Translations under genes and position numbers: made by a program
Part shown: piece after piece, positions 28,042 through 37,081 of the stretch
Numbering within the stretch: the first letter of the stretch is position 1
Layout: the number at the start of each line of letters is the position of its first letter
Notes under the pieces: generated by a model
What the model saw: only the letters and a program-made list of their open reading frames with translations
Databases searched by the model: none
What the model was told of the DNA's origin: nothing
Source of the DNA: Bacillota bacterium
GTDB taxonomy: Bacteria > Bacillota > Limnochordia > Limnochordales > ZCTH02-B6
Assembly: GCA_017656145.1 (NCBI GenBank)
Contig: JACDOI010000005.1
Span: forward strand, 12,941-76,940
Length of the DNA stretch: 64,000 nt
Direction: 5' to 3'

Positions 28042-29829
28042 TCACCGGCTGAGGCCGAGCAGGATGGCCAACACCGCGGCCCCCGCTGCCAGGGTGCCGG
28101 TGCCCCGTAGCGACCCGATCTCGTTCTCCGCTCTGGACCGGTAGCTGGCGAATTCGGACTTCAGTTCTTCCAGCTCCCGCTCCAGGCGCTGCTCCCGGGC
28201 GATGCTCAAGTTGAGCTGGGTCTCCATTTCCCGCCGCAACCGGTCGGCCAAGTTGGCGATTTGCTCTTCGCTTGTCCCAAGCAGCCCTTGGATGTCCCGG
28301 ATGGCCGCCTGAATCTCCGACAGCTCCTGGCGAATCGCACCCCGCTCGCTCCGGGACTCGGCCAAGGCGCTGTCGAAATCTTCTCTCAAAAGGTTGATGG
28401 CCGCCTCGTTGGCCAGGACCCGACCCTCCAGCGCGTCCTGTCGCCGGCGCAACGCCTGCACTTCCTGCCGCAGAGATTGCACATCCTGCAGAACTTGGGC
28501 GTCGCCTTCCACCAGCGCCGCGGACCGCCGTTCCGACTCCTCCCGGAGCGCGGCCAGCTCAGCTTCCAAGCTCGCCAGCAAATCGTGCAAGGCGCTGATC
28601 TGGGAGTCCAACCGCTGGCCCTCTTGGGCCGCCTGCTCTTCGACGGCTTCCACCTGGGCGCGGACCTCGTTGAGGCGGGCTTCCTGGTCCGACAGCCGCT
28701 CCTGGTGAGCGGCCAAAAACCGCCGCAGCTCCTCATCGGCGGTCTGCGCGGCCAGGCCCCGGGCTTGGACGGTCTCCTCAAGCTGCTCAAGGGCGGCCGC
28801 CAGATCCGCCGCGTCAGCCCGGAGCGTCGCCAGCTCCCCGCTCAAGTCGGAGACTTGCGCGTCCAACCGCTCATTGACCGCGGATTCCAGTTGGCCAAGG
28901 CGCAAGGCGATGGCCGCCGCCTGTTCGTTCATCAAGTTGGCCAGCCGCTGGACGTCGTCGTCCACCCGAACGGTCAACGCCGCGAGCTGTTCTTTCACGG
29001 CGTCCAGATCCTCCCGGAGCCCGTTTACCCGCTCATCCAATGCGGTCAAGTCCGCCGCCAGGCCCGACACGTCCGTCTCCAACGCTTCGAGAGCCGTGCG
29101 ATGTTCCCCGAGCCGCTGACCGAACTCCTCCTCGAGGGTTATCCCGTGCTGCTCCAAAGCCTGCTCCAGCGCGGCCTGCAGCGCGTCCAACCGCTGGGTC
29201 AAGTCTTCGCTGGTCTGCACAAGCCGCGCGTGCAACTCCGCGAGGCTTTCGTCCTGGCCGTCCATGCGCTCCTCATGCTCGTCCAGCAGAGCGTCCCGGG
29301 TTGCCAACTCCTGAGCAAATTGGGCGTCCATGGCCTCAAGCACCGCCGTGAGCTCCGCCCGGGCCGCCGCCTCCGCGTCGCGAAGGCTGTTCAGTTCGGA
29401 TTCGAGCAGCTCGAGATCCCGCAAAACCCGGTTCAGCTGCTCGTCGACGACGGCGACAGCCCGCTGGGTTTGGGCGTACGACGATTGCAGCTCGTCCCGC
29501 TCGGCGTGCCACGCCACCAGTTCCGCCCGGAACTCCTGTTCCAGCTGCCGGATAAGCTCCGCGTCGGCACCTTCCCGAATCTGTATCCGGCCGGCTTCAA
29601 TGTCCTCCAAAAGCCGCCCTACAACGGCTGCGACGGTAAACCGGTCCACCGGCTCTTCGCCCCGGAACGTACCGTCGTCGGCGATGTCCAAATACCCCCG
29701 GTCTACCAGCTCCCGAACCGCCTCGTACGCCCAGTGGTCCGGAGGCACGTCGGCCAGCCCGGCTGCGGCCGGAATGCCTGTCCAGGCCAAAAGCATCATG
29801 AGGGTCCATCCCAGGGCCCATCGCTTCAT
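28042..29829 (-). CDS. exported SLH-domain protein with a very long coiled coil and a C-terminal hydrophobic tail anchor
   Basis: ATG at 29829 with AAGGAGAGGTGA RBS. Signal peptide MKRWALGWTLMMLLAWTGIPAAAG. One SLH domain (DVPPDHWAYEAVRELVDRGYL..DGTFRGEEPVDRFTVA). About 480 aa of Glu/Leu/Ala/Arg heptad-like sequence. Ends GTLAAGAAVLAILLGLSR. Confidence 0.8.
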   Translation of the reverse strand: MKRWALGWTLMMLLAWTGIPAAAGLADVPPDHWAYEAVRELVDRGYLDIADDGTFRGEEPVDRFTVAAVVGRLLEDIEAGRIQIREGADAELIRQLEQEFRAELVAWHAERDELQSSYAQTQRAVAVVDEQLNRVLRDLELLESELNSLRDAEAAARAELTAVLEAMDAQFAQELATRDALLDEHEERMDGQDESLAELHARLVQTSEDLTQRLDALQAALEQALEQHGITLEEEFGQRLGEHRTALEALETDVSGLAADLTALDERVNGLREDLDAVKEQLAALTVRVDDDVQRLANLMNEQAAAIALRLGQLESAVNERLDAQVSDLSGELATLRADAADLAAALEQLEETVQARGLAAQTADEELRRFLAAHQERLSDQEARLNEVRAQVEAVEEQAAQEGQRLDSQISALHDLLASLEAELAALREESERRSAALVEGDAQVLQDVQSLRQEVQALRRRQDALEGRVLANEAAINLLREDFDSALAESRSERGAIRQELSEIQAAIRDIQGLLGTSEEQIANLADRLRREMETQLNLSIAREQRLERELEELKSEFASYRSRAENEIGSLRGTGTLAAGAAVLAILLGLSR

Positions 29830-29887
29830 GATCGCTCGTTCACCTCTCCTTAATGAAAGCATCGAACCATTGCCGGTTAACGCACCG

Positions 29888-32017
29888 TCACGGCTGCTCT
29901 TCCCCGCCCCGGACAAATACGACCGCCTCGTCGACAACCACGTTCACCGCATGGCCTTCTCCATCGGCCACGAACGCTTGTTGGGCGTCCGGGCGCAAGA
30001 AAGGGTGGTCGGCCACCGGGACAAGGCGCAACGCCGTACGGCCCTCGCCCACCGCCCGAAACCGGATCGTCGCCAGCGAATCGTTCCCCCACGGAAGCGG
30101 GTCTTTCGGCGACCGGCTGCCCGCGATGCGCACGACGCCCGTGCGGTTGTCCACCGCAGCGGGAATCCACCCAAGCCGCTCCCGTTCGCCGGTGATCGGA
30201 TTCACGTCGACGAACAAGCGTCCCCAGCCGACGCCCCGGGCCCCCCCGATCACCTGAAGCACGGCGGGGTCGAAGCGCAGCTCGAACGCGGCGCCGAAAA
30301 ACGGCCGCACGTTTTGGGCCCGCACCTCCACCGCGAACAGATCGCCCACGGCCACATCGACCTCCGAAGCGCCGGAGCGGGCGTCCACGATCTGCAGCGC
30401 CGCGTCGAGCCGGGGCACGTTGACGAAGTGGATGGGAAAGCGCGAGTCGATGCGAGCGTTATCGGATGTCAGCTCGACGGACACAGGCAAGTTGCCGACG
30501 ACCCCCGTGGGCACCAGGTGCCAGCGAGCCGTCACCGTTTGGCCGGGCTCCACGGAGCCGAGCCGCCACACCGCTCGATCGCCCCGTGCCAGGGAAAGCC
30601 CGATCGGCATTTGGATTTCCGCTTCCACGCCCCGCGCTTCCAGCTCCCCGGTGTTGGTAATTTGGGCTTCGACCGCAAACGGCACAGGCGACCATCGGCC
30701 ATCGACGACTTGGAGGTCCGTCGGGCCCGTTATGGCCGCGCTCAAAGACGCCGGCGCGACGACCGTGACCGACCGGTCGACCCGGTTCGGGTCGGTGTTT
30801 TCTGCTGTCACGAAGACCCTGTAGACGAACTCGCCGAACGTTTCCGGCGGGGCAGCTACCCGCCAGCTGACTTGCCGGGAAGCCCGCGGGGCCAAATCCC
30901 CCAGGCTGACCTGCGGGGATCCTTGGACCAGTTGCAGGGGACCGAGATTCTCGAGTCGCACCACCGCATCCCGCGCGATCCAGTCGCCGGTGTTCTCGAC
31001 GTACGCCCGGACCTCAAACACGACAGGCTCGTCGTAATGTCCTTCCACCGAGGCCGGAGACGTAACGCCCAGCGACAGCTGTCCCGGAGCGATGGTGATA
31101 CCGCCCAGGCCGTAATAGATCACGTACCGCCGGGACTGGCCCGGATCAAGAGGCGCCGGATCCCAGTAGAGGGCGACAGCGCTGTCCAGTTCGAACCCTT
31201 CCCCGACCCGGGTGAAATCCCGTCCGGGAGAGAAATCGAAGTCCCAGATGCCGTCGGCGAGGCTGCCCCAGTTTGAAAAGTAAACCTCATCCGGAACAGT
31301 GGTGTCGAAGGCTCGAAGGGTCCCTTGGGAAACGACCCTCGGGTTGGCCAGCGAGTCAAAGGCTTGAAAGTAGTCGGGGATGGCCTCGTGCCGAAACCCG
31401 TGGTCGGCGGTGAGAGCCTGCCCGCTCACTTGAAACGGAGCGCCGTCGTTTGCTCCCAGCATCGTATCGAGCATGATCCGCAAGCCCACTGTTCGGGTCT
31501 GGGAACCCTCGTTGGCGACGACGTACTCGATCCGGGCCGTATCCGGATTTCCGGTGGTGATCCCCTTTGCGATGGAGATCACTTGGGTCACCAGGATGTC
31601 CCCCATCCGAAACGCGGTCCGTATCTCGCGCCCCTCATGAAACGTCGGCGGTTCCACCATCTGTCCGTACTGTCCTGTGCGGCCCGCCCGTTTTCCCGTC
31701 TGGCCGCCGAATACGTAATCGCGGCCGTCGATCCGCACGGTGGTGTACGACGTCCACGGACCGGGAGGGTTTTCGGTGCCGTAGATGAGCGGCATGCGCT
31801 CATCCCCTTCCCGTTCGGGATCTCCCCCGGTCGTGTTGACGGAGAACCGCCCGGTGTCCTCGTTCCTTGCGTTGACGACGATGGCGATGAATTCGTTTTC
31901 CAGGACAAAGCTGTCTCCGCTCCGGGTCTGCACTTCTTGGGCCAGGGCCGGTGACCCCGCCAAGGCCAGGGCTAAGATGAGCATCCCGATGAGCCGTGGG
32001 CTCAGCACGAACGGCAC
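29888..32017 (-). CDS. secreted multidomain protein: unassigned N-terminal domain, two CARDB-like Ig domains, C-terminal cohesin-like domain
   Basis: Signal peptide LIGMLILALALAGSPALAQE. Two segments of the type VxNTG...xxVxL...L..G.S..V.W (CARDB-like). C-terminus LFAVEVRAQNVRPFFGAAFELRFDPAVLQV...LATIRFRAVGEG (cohesin-like). The start could instead be the GTG at 32008. Confidence 0.75.
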   Translation of the reverse strand: MPFVLSPRLIGMLILALALAGSPALAQEVQTRSGDSFVLENEFIAIVVNARNEDTGRFSVNTTGGDPEREGDERMPLIYGTENPPGPWTSYTTVRIDGRDYVFGGQTGKRAGRTGQYGQMVEPPTFHEGREIRTAFRMGDILVTQVISIAKGITTGNPDTARIEYVVANEGSQTRTVGLRIMLDTMLGANDGAPFQVSGQALTADHGFRHEAIPDYFQAFDSLANPRVVSQGTLRAFDTTVPDEVYFSNWGSLADGIWDFDFSPGRDFTRVGEGFELDSAVALYWDPAPLDPGQSRRYVIYYGLGGITIAPGQLSLGVTSPASVEGHYDEPVVFEVRAYVENTGDWIARDAVVRLENLGPLQLVQGSPQVSLGDLAPRASRQVSWRVAAPPETFGEFVYRVFVTAENTDPNRVDRSVTVVAPASLSAAITGPTDLQVVDGRWSPVPFAVEAQITNTGELEARGVEAEIQMPIGLSLARGDRAVWRLGSVEPGQTVTARWHLVPTGVVGNLPVSVELTSDNARIDSRFPIHFVNVPRLDAALQIVDARSGASEVDVAVGDLFAVEVRAQNVRPFFGAAFELRFDPAVLQVIGGARGVGWGRLFVDVNPITGERERLGWIPAAVDNRTGVVRIAGSRSPKDPLPWGNDSLATIRFRAVGEGRTALRLVPVADHPFLRPDAQQAFVADGEGHAVNVVVDEAVVFVRGGEEQP

Positions 32018-32025
32018 CTCCGCGT

Positions 32026-33396
32026 CTACGGCCGGTCGAGATAACGGCGGCCTTCGAAATCGAGGACTTGCACCCGACTGCTGACGCCACCCATCGTCAC
32101 CACTTCAAACCGCACTCGCCAGACCTCCACGAAGGACCGGCCTTCCGGGTCGGGGTTGAACGTCCACCGGCGCAACTGCTCCACCAACCTTGTGTCGATA
32201 TCTTGCAGGCTTGTGGAGCCGATAACCCTCACATCCGCCACCGTACCGGCTCCAGACACCTCCACCTCGACTACCAGATCGGCCAGCGGGTAGTCGATGG
32301 GAACGTTTTCTAAAGCCTTCGGCGTTCCCAGGCCGGGGTTGCGGGCCAGGGATACGGGCGGCGGCGGAGGCGCCCCCTCGCCCTCCAATGCTTCAGACGG
32401 GTCAAGGTCGCCGTCCTGCGGCTCAGCGGCGGGCTCCCCGTCTCCCGGCCGCTCCTCATCCGGCAGCGCCGGCTCGGGCCGGTCTTCCGGTTCCGCAACG
32501 GGCGGCGTCGCGCGATCCGCCAGCGATCCAGGTTCCGGATCAGGCTCAAGCGGTTCCGGTTCCGGCTCGGGCCCGGGAGAAGGCCCAGGCAGCGGCAGGG
32601 GCGGAGCCTCCAAAGGCGCGGACTGTGAGCCCGGCTCCGGCTCAGACGGGGATTGCGGTGTCGCTGGATCGGCAGGCTCGGGAACGGACTCCTCCGCGGG
32701 GCGGGCGGCCGGGATGTCGAAAACGCCCTGGTCGCTGGCGAGGATCTCCTCTCCGATCCCTGGCCCCTGCTCCGGATCGGGAGCAAGTTCAGCAGGGGCC
32801 GGAGGTTCACGGTCCGGCAAATCCGTCGCCTCCGACTGGCGCGGCAGCCCGGGCGGCTCGACCGGTTCAGGCTGGGGTTCGGACGCCGCTGGGCCGGTTG
32901 GCTCAGGCCGAGGCTCGGGCGCAGGCGGCTCCGGTACCGGTTCTGACGGCGCTTCGGGCTCCGGCTCGGGTTCCGGTTCCGGCTCGGGCCTAGGCTCCGG
33001 CGCCGCCTCCGGGGGCCGTTCAGGAGGCTCAGGCGCCCGCTCCGGCTCGGGCCGGCTCTGTTCCACCGGCGGTCGCTCAGGACTGGGCGGCTGAACGGCG
33101 GGCGCGTCCGCACGCGGGGGTTCCGGCTCGGGCGCAGGCTCCGGCATCTTGGCTTGCGGCCGAGGTCGCTCGGAAGCGATGGGAACCGGCCGCGACGGCT
33201 GCGGCGGCTGGGGCATCGGCACCGACGGGGCCGGCAGGCTGACCAGTTCGACTACGCCGCCCTGGTCGAGGCCGGGGCCGGTGACCACCGCCGACTGCCA
33301 CTGGGGCCACAACCAGATGAGCAAACCGTGGACGAGCACGGAAAGGATGAAAAACCAGTGGAATGAGGACTGTTCCTCCCGCTCGTCGGCGGTCAC
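32026..33396 (-). CDS. TonB/TolA-like energy transducer (N-terminal TM, about 300 aa Pro/Glu-rich linker, TonB_C-like domain)
   Basis: GTG at 33396 with AGGTGAGG RBS. TM helix FHWFFILSVLVHGLLIWLW. Long PEPEPE/APEP tracts. C-terminal IDYPLAD...VEVEVSGAGTVADVRVIGSTS...FNP resembles the TonB C-terminal fold. Confidence 0.7.
   Translation of the reverse strand: MTADEREEQSSFHWFFILSVLVHGLLIWLWPQWQSAVVTGPGLDQGGVVELVSLPAPSVPMPQPPQPSRPVPIASERPRPQAKMPEPAPEPEPPRADAPAVQPPSPERPPVEQSRPEPERAPEPPERPPEAAPEPRPEPEPEPEPEPEAPSEPVPEPPAPEPRPEPTGPAASEPQPEPVEPPGLPRQSEATDLPDREPPAPAELAPDPEQGPGIGEEILASDQGVFDIPAARPAEESVPEPADPATPQSPSEPEPGSQSAPLEAPPLPLPGPSPGPEPEPEPLEPDPEPGSLADRATPPVAEPEDRPEPALPDEERPGDGEPAAEPQDGDLDPSEALEGEGAPPPPPVSLARNPGLGTPKALENVPIDYPLADLVVEVEVSGAGTVADVRVIGSTSLQDIDTRLVEQLRRWTFNPDPEGRSFVEVWRVRFEVVTMGGVSSRVQVLDFEGRRYLDRP
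32316..33234 (-). repeat. low-complexity Pro/Glu/Ala-rich coding tract inside the TonB-like gene
   Basis: Runs such as PEPEPEPEPEPEAPSEPVPEPPAPEPRPEP. It produces mirror-image Gly/Ser-rich and Arg-rich ORFs in other frames. Confidence 0.6.
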
Positions 33397-33418
33397 GCAG
33401 CCTCACCTGCCTCTAGAC

Positions 33419-33832
33419 TTACCTCTGGGGTTCGACGCTCAGGGCCAACCGAAACGCGCCCGCCTCGCGCGCCAGATCCATCGCCCGAACGACGTGATCA
33501 TAGGCGGCCCGGCGATCGGCGGAGACGATGACCAGCGTGTCCGCCCGCCGGGCGACGGCTTCCCGGACCCGGGAGCGCACCTGGTCGGGCGACGCGGCCT
33601 GGCCGTTGATGAAGAAAGCCCCTTGCTGGGTGACGGTGATGCGCAATTCCGATGTCTCGTGGACCGCGGCCGTGGCGGCCCGGGGCAGGTCAACTTGGAT
33701 TCCCGTTGGATCGGTGCGGAACGTCGTAAACACCATGAAGAACGCGACCAAGAAAAACATCACGTCGATGAGCGGCACAATGTTGACGACGGGCGCCCGG
33801 CGCCGCTCGCGCTCGATAGCCACGCTACTCAC
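33419..33832 (-). CDS. exbD: biopolymer transport protein ExbD/TolR
   Basis: 137 aa with NIVPLIDVMFFLVAFFMV and the typical periplasmic domain. Overlaps exbB by 8 nt. Confidence 0.9.
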   Translation of the reverse strand: MSSVAIERERRRAPVVNIVPLIDVMFFLVAFFMVFTTFRTDPTGIQVDLPRAATAAVHETSELRITVTQQGAFFINGQAASPDQVRSRVREAVARRADTLVIVSADRRAAYDHVVRAMDLAREAGAFRLALSVEPQR

Positions 33833-34439
33833 CTCGCAGGGTGGACAGAACCTCGAGCAGTTCCCCGCTGCGGCGGTTCATATCCGCGACCCGGCGGTCG
33901 ATGATGCTGCCGATCCAGTTGTAGAGCACCACCGTCGGCACCGCGACGACAAGCCCCGCAGCGGTGGTGATGAGCGCCTCGGCGATGCCGGAAGCCAGCA
34001 CTTGAGGCGAGTCAAGACCGGCCAAAGATCCGAGCACGTTGAAGCTGCGCATAATACCGGTTACCGTTCCCAAAAGGCCCAAGAGCGGCGCAATGGTGGC
34101 GATGCTGTCTAACATGACCAGGCGGCGCTCCATCTTGTACAGCTCGTCCCGGCCCACTTCCTCCAACCGCTCCTTGAGCTCGTCCCGGGGACGGTCCGAA
34201 TACGCGATACCGGTGGCCACCAGGGCGGCCACTTGTCCCCGGGAGCGCTTGGCGATCTGCACCGCCTCCAGCACCTTTCCCTGTTCCAGGGCCAGCTTGA
34301 CTTCATCCATGAGATCGTCCGAATCGGCCCGGGTGCTGTACAGATACCACAACCGTTCCAAAGCGACGGCCACGGTCAACACCGAACAAAACAGCAGCGG
34401 GATCATCACCAGGCCGCCTTTGACGAGCACGTCGATCAT
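33825..34439 (-). CDS. exbB: MotA/TolQ/ExbB proton-channel protein
   Basis: 204 aa with three TM segments and LGLLGTVTGIMRSF...GIAEALITTAAGLVVAVP. RBS GGAGGGTGA. Confidence 0.9.
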   Translation of the reverse strand: MIDVLVKGGLVMIPLLFCSVLTVAVALERLWYLYSTRADSDDLMDEVKLALEQGKVLEAVQIAKRSRGQVAALVATGIAYSDRPRDELKERLEEVGRDELYKMERRLVMLDSIATIAPLLGLLGTVTGIMRSFNVLGSLAGLDSPQVLASGIAEALITTAAGLVVAVPTVVLYNWIGSIIDRRVADMNRRSGELLEVLSTLRGE

Positions 34440-34543
34440 GCGTTTTCACCCTCCACGACCGGGGGGATGGAAGTTACCATTTCCTGCGGGGTCCGCCGAA
34501 AACTTCTACGCTCCGCCGGGTAATCCTTGCGCGGCTTACGCGC

Positions 34544-34588
34544 AAAAAGGAAAGCGCCTCCGACCGGGTGCGCCCGGCGCAGGCGCTT
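34544..34588 (-). terminator. intrinsic terminator after the GNAT gene
   Basis: Minus strand AAGCGCCT...(inner GCGCC-g-GGCGC)...AGGCGCTT followed by TCCTTTTTG. Confidence 0.7.
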
Positions 34589-34620
34589 GTGTCATAACCC
34601 TTAAGGATCCGGGGATCGGT

Positions 34621-35181
34621 CTAGCTTGCGCGGGCACGCTCCGGATGGCGGCGCAAGAATTCCTTCCTCCACATTCGCATGAGAATCACTTCCCTCCGGT
34701 CGCTTTCCCCGGTTCGGCGGACGAGAAATCCCTCCTGCCGGAAACCGACTCGGCGGTAGCATCGCACGGCCCGTTCATTGGCCGCAAAGACACGGAGATA
34801 GACCCGGCGCAAATTCAAGGAGCCGAAAGCGTAGGCCAAGAGCAAAGTCACCGCCTCGGACCCGTAGCCTTTGCCCCATTGCGCTTTTTCACCGATTCGC
34901 ACCCGAAGCTCCCCGTCGCCGCTGCGCCAGGCGATGTGATCGAGCTCGATGTCCCCGATCAGAAGCCCGTTCAACAGCTCAATGCCGAACACCTGCCGGT
35001 GCCGGTCGCTCCGGATCTTTTGATGCCAGGCCGGGCAGTCCGCAAGAGAACGGGGATAGTCCCCGTCGAGAAACCGCCCGACATCGGGATCCAAAGTCCA
35101 TTTGACCAAAAGGGGGTAATCGTCCGGGATGATAGGCCTGAGGGCGACGTTCTCCCCGGCAATCGTTGGCGTCATTGGCAC
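34621..35181 (-). CDS. GNAT family N-acetyltransferase (RimJ/RimL-like)
   Basis: Contains VALRPIIPDDYPLLVKW, WGKGYGSEAV and RVFAANERAVRCYRRVGF. GTG at 35181 has AAGGAG 6 nt upstream; ATG at 35175 is the alternative start. Confidence 0.85.
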   Translation of the reverse strand: MPMTPTIAGENVALRPIIPDDYPLLVKWTLDPDVGRFLDGDYPRSLADCPAWHQKIRSDRHRQVFGIELLNGLLIGDIELDHIAWRSGDGELRVRIGEKAQWGKGYGSEAVTLLLAYAFGSLNLRRVYLRVFAANERAVRCYRRVGFRQEGFLVRRTGESDRREVILMRMWRKEFLRRHPERARAS

Positions 35182-35336
35182 GGTACACTCCTTCGGCGGT
35201 GGTCTGAACGGTGGCTGCAACTGCGATCGACGATGAGGGGGAGACGCTATTCTTTTGACCTAGGGGAGCACTTCGACTGCCGGAACCGGGCCCCTGCCGG
35301 CAAAATCAGGCGGGACCGGCGCGGCTTTGGGCCAGG

Positions 35337-36092
35337 TCATTCCAGCCATCGACGGAACTGCTCCAGGATGCGGCGCTCGGTGCGGGATACGTGGGCCTGG
35401 GAGACGCCGAGCCGCCGGGCTGTCTCAGCCTGGGACAGGTCGAGGAAATATCGCAGGGCAACCAGACGCCGCTCCCAGTCGGCCAGCCGCATCATCGCCG
35501 CCCGCAAAGCGGCGGTCTCCAACAGCTCGTCCGCAGGGCCGCTGGCCGCGATGCGCTCCTTGAGGGGAGGCTGTTCCCCATCCTCCCCACCGGATCCGGC
35601 CTCTAGAGAAGCAACCGCCTGAAACGCGTCGAGGGCCGCGACCACTTCTTCCGATCCGACCCCAAGGTCTGCGGCGATTTCGGCCGGGGTAGGCGCTCGG
35701 GAGAGCTTCTGGGCTAACCGGTCCCGGGAGACGGCCACCCGCGCACCCAGCTCGTGCACGGCCCGGCCCACCCGCACCGCCCGATCTTCCCGCAGACGTT
35801 GCCGGATCTCCCCGATGATGACCGGCACCGCGTAGGTGGAAAACCGGACCTCATAGCTCAGGTCAAACCGGTCGATGGCTTTCATCAGGCCGACGCAACC
35901 GATTTGGAACAGATCGTCGAACTCCGCGCCCCGCCCTTGAAACCGGGCCGCCACGCTGGCGACCAGGCGCAGGTTGGCCTCCACCAGCCGGTCCCGGGCT
36001 TCCCGGTCTCCTTTTTGGGCCCGGGCCAACAGGGCCCGGGTTTCGTCAGGCGAAAGACCGCCCGGGGCCGCGCTTCCCCAGGGCCCGTTCAC
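35337..36092 (-). CDS. sigF: RNA polymerase sporulation sigma factor SigF
   Basis: 251 aa with DLFQIGCVGLMKAIDRFD and FSTYAVPVIIGEIRQ. It follows spoIIAA-spoIIAB. GTG start with AAAGGGGAGG RBS. Confidence 0.93.
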   Translation of the reverse strand: MNGPWGSAAPGGLSPDETRALLARAQKGDREARDRLVEANLRLVASVAARFQGRGAEFDDLFQIGCVGLMKAIDRFDLSYEVRFSTYAVPVIIGEIRQRLREDRAVRVGRAVHELGARVAVSRDRLAQKLSRAPTPAEIAADLGVGSEEVVAALDAFQAVASLEAGSGGEDGEQPPLKERIAASGPADELLETAALRAAMMRLADWERRLVALRYFLDLSQAETARRLGVSQAHVSRTERRILEQFRRWLE

Positions 36093-36107
36093 CGCCGGCC
36101 TCCCCTT

Positions 36108-36560
36108 TCAACTGGGAATCCGAGCCCGCGCGGGCGTTTTGTACAAGGTGACCGTCGTTCCCCGGCCGGGGGCCGATTCCACCTCCACCCGGTCGCTATA
36201 CTCTTCCATGAAGGTAAATCCGAGGCCCATGTGCTCTTCCGGTTTCGTCGTCCACTGGGCCTGGCGGGCGGATTCCACGTCCTCGATTCCCCGGCCTCGA
36301 TCCTGAACGGCGACTACGAGACATCCGTCGCCGGTGATGGCCGCCTCCAACCGGATGCAACCGTCTTCCCCGGCGTACCCGTGGACGACGGCGTTGGACA
36401 CCGCCTCGGAGACCGCGACTTTCAGCTCGTCCAGTTCGTCAACGGTAAACTCCAGCTGCGCGGCGAACACTGCGACGGCGGTGCGGGCAAAGGCGACGTT
36501 CTCCGGCCTGCTGGGAAACTCCATCACCACCTGGTTCCGGATCCCCTCTGGCAACTTCAT
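36108..36560 (-). CDS. spoIIAB: anti-sigma F factor (serine kinase) SpoIIAB
   Basis: 150 aa with the N-box VSEAVSNAVVHGY and the G-box DRGRGI...GLGF. The start overlaps the spoIIAA stop (ATGA). Confidence 0.94.
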   Translation of the reverse strand: MKLPEGIRNQVVMEFPSRPENVAFARTAVAVFAAQLEFTVDELDELKVAVSEAVSNAVVHGYAGEDGCIRLEAAITGDGCLVVAVQDRGRGIEDVESARQAQWTTKPEEHMGLGFTFMEEYSDRVEVESAPGRGTTVTLYKTPARARIPS

Positions 36561-36928
36561 GGGGCAGGGTTTCCCTCCTTCACCAAGGCCAGGGCCTGCT
36601 GCTGGGTGTCCGCCACCGCCACAAGGCGCAGTAGCCCGGCCAGCTCCAGGACGCGGCGCACCGGCGGGCGGGGACCTAGGATCACCATCTGCCCGTCCCG
36701 CCGGGTGCGGATCTCCCGGTAGCGCCCGAGGATGGCTCCGACCCCGGAGCTGTCGACAAAGCGGACGCCGCGGAGATCGAGAATCAGGTGGCGGATCCGG
36801 CCAGATCCGTCTAGCTCCTCCTGGACCAGCGTTCGAAACGGGCCGGCGCTCTCCAAGTCCAGCTCACCGTTGAGGCGGACGATGAGGCTGTCCCGCACCC
36901 GCCTGGCTTCCATGCGCACCCGCGGCAC
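36557..36928 (-). CDS. spoIIAA: anti-anti-sigma factor SpoIIAA (STAS domain)
   Basis: Contains LIVRLNGELD and the phosphorylatable serine context FVDSSGVGAILG. The start is ambiguous among GTG 36928, GTG 36919 and ATG 36913. Confidence 0.9.
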   Translation of the reverse strand: MPRVRMEARRVRDSLIVRLNGELDLESAGPFRTLVQEELDGSGRIRHLILDLRGVRFVDSSGVGAILGRYREIRTRRDGQMVILGPRPPVRRVLELAGLLRLVAVADTQQQALALVKEGNPAP

Positions 36929-36948
36929 CTCCCACGCGCCGCGGAGAA

Positions 36949-36976
36949 CTTTCGGTATAGTCTTTCAAGTTCCTTC
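36949..36976 (-). promoter_or_regulatory. possible sigma-H-type promoter of the spoIIA operon
   Basis: Minus strand AAGGAACTT, 14 nt, then CGAAAG. This resembles the sigma-H consensus (AGGAWWT ... GAAT) and the B. subtilis spoIIA promoter layout. Confidence 0.35.
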
Positions 36977-37081
36977 CCGCAGGCGCTGCGGATCGTCCAA
37001 GCACGCCGGAGGAAACCCACAGGCCGGCGAACAGACCATCGAAGCTCAGGCTGTTCAATGCTTCCGGTCATCCCGGGCATA

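Noticed and set aside
28261-31276. Two long plus-strand ORFs (530 aa and 648 aa) over the SLH and 709-aa genes
   Set aside because: The opposite-strand genes have signal peptides, SLH, CARDB-like and cohesin-like features plus RBSs. The plus-strand translations are Leu/Gln/Arg-rich mirrors of the coiled-coil codons.
29888-32017. 709-aa protein as the TonB-dependent receptor of the operon
   Set aside because: There is no plug domain, no C-terminal aromatic barrel terminus and no alternating beta-strand pattern. It looks like a soluble multi-Ig/cohesin-type protein.
32297-33094. Gly/Ser-rich 265-aa plus-strand ORF and several Arg/Pro-rich minus-strand alternative frames
   Set aside because: They are complement or frameshifted readings of the Pro/Glu-rich linker of the TonB-like gene. 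Only that frame has a TM helix and a C-terminal domain.
32316-33234. Possible tandem repeat or CRISPR-like periodicity in the PEPEPE region
   Set aside because: The periodicity is codon-level low complexity within a coding linker. There is no repeat-spacer structure and no leader.
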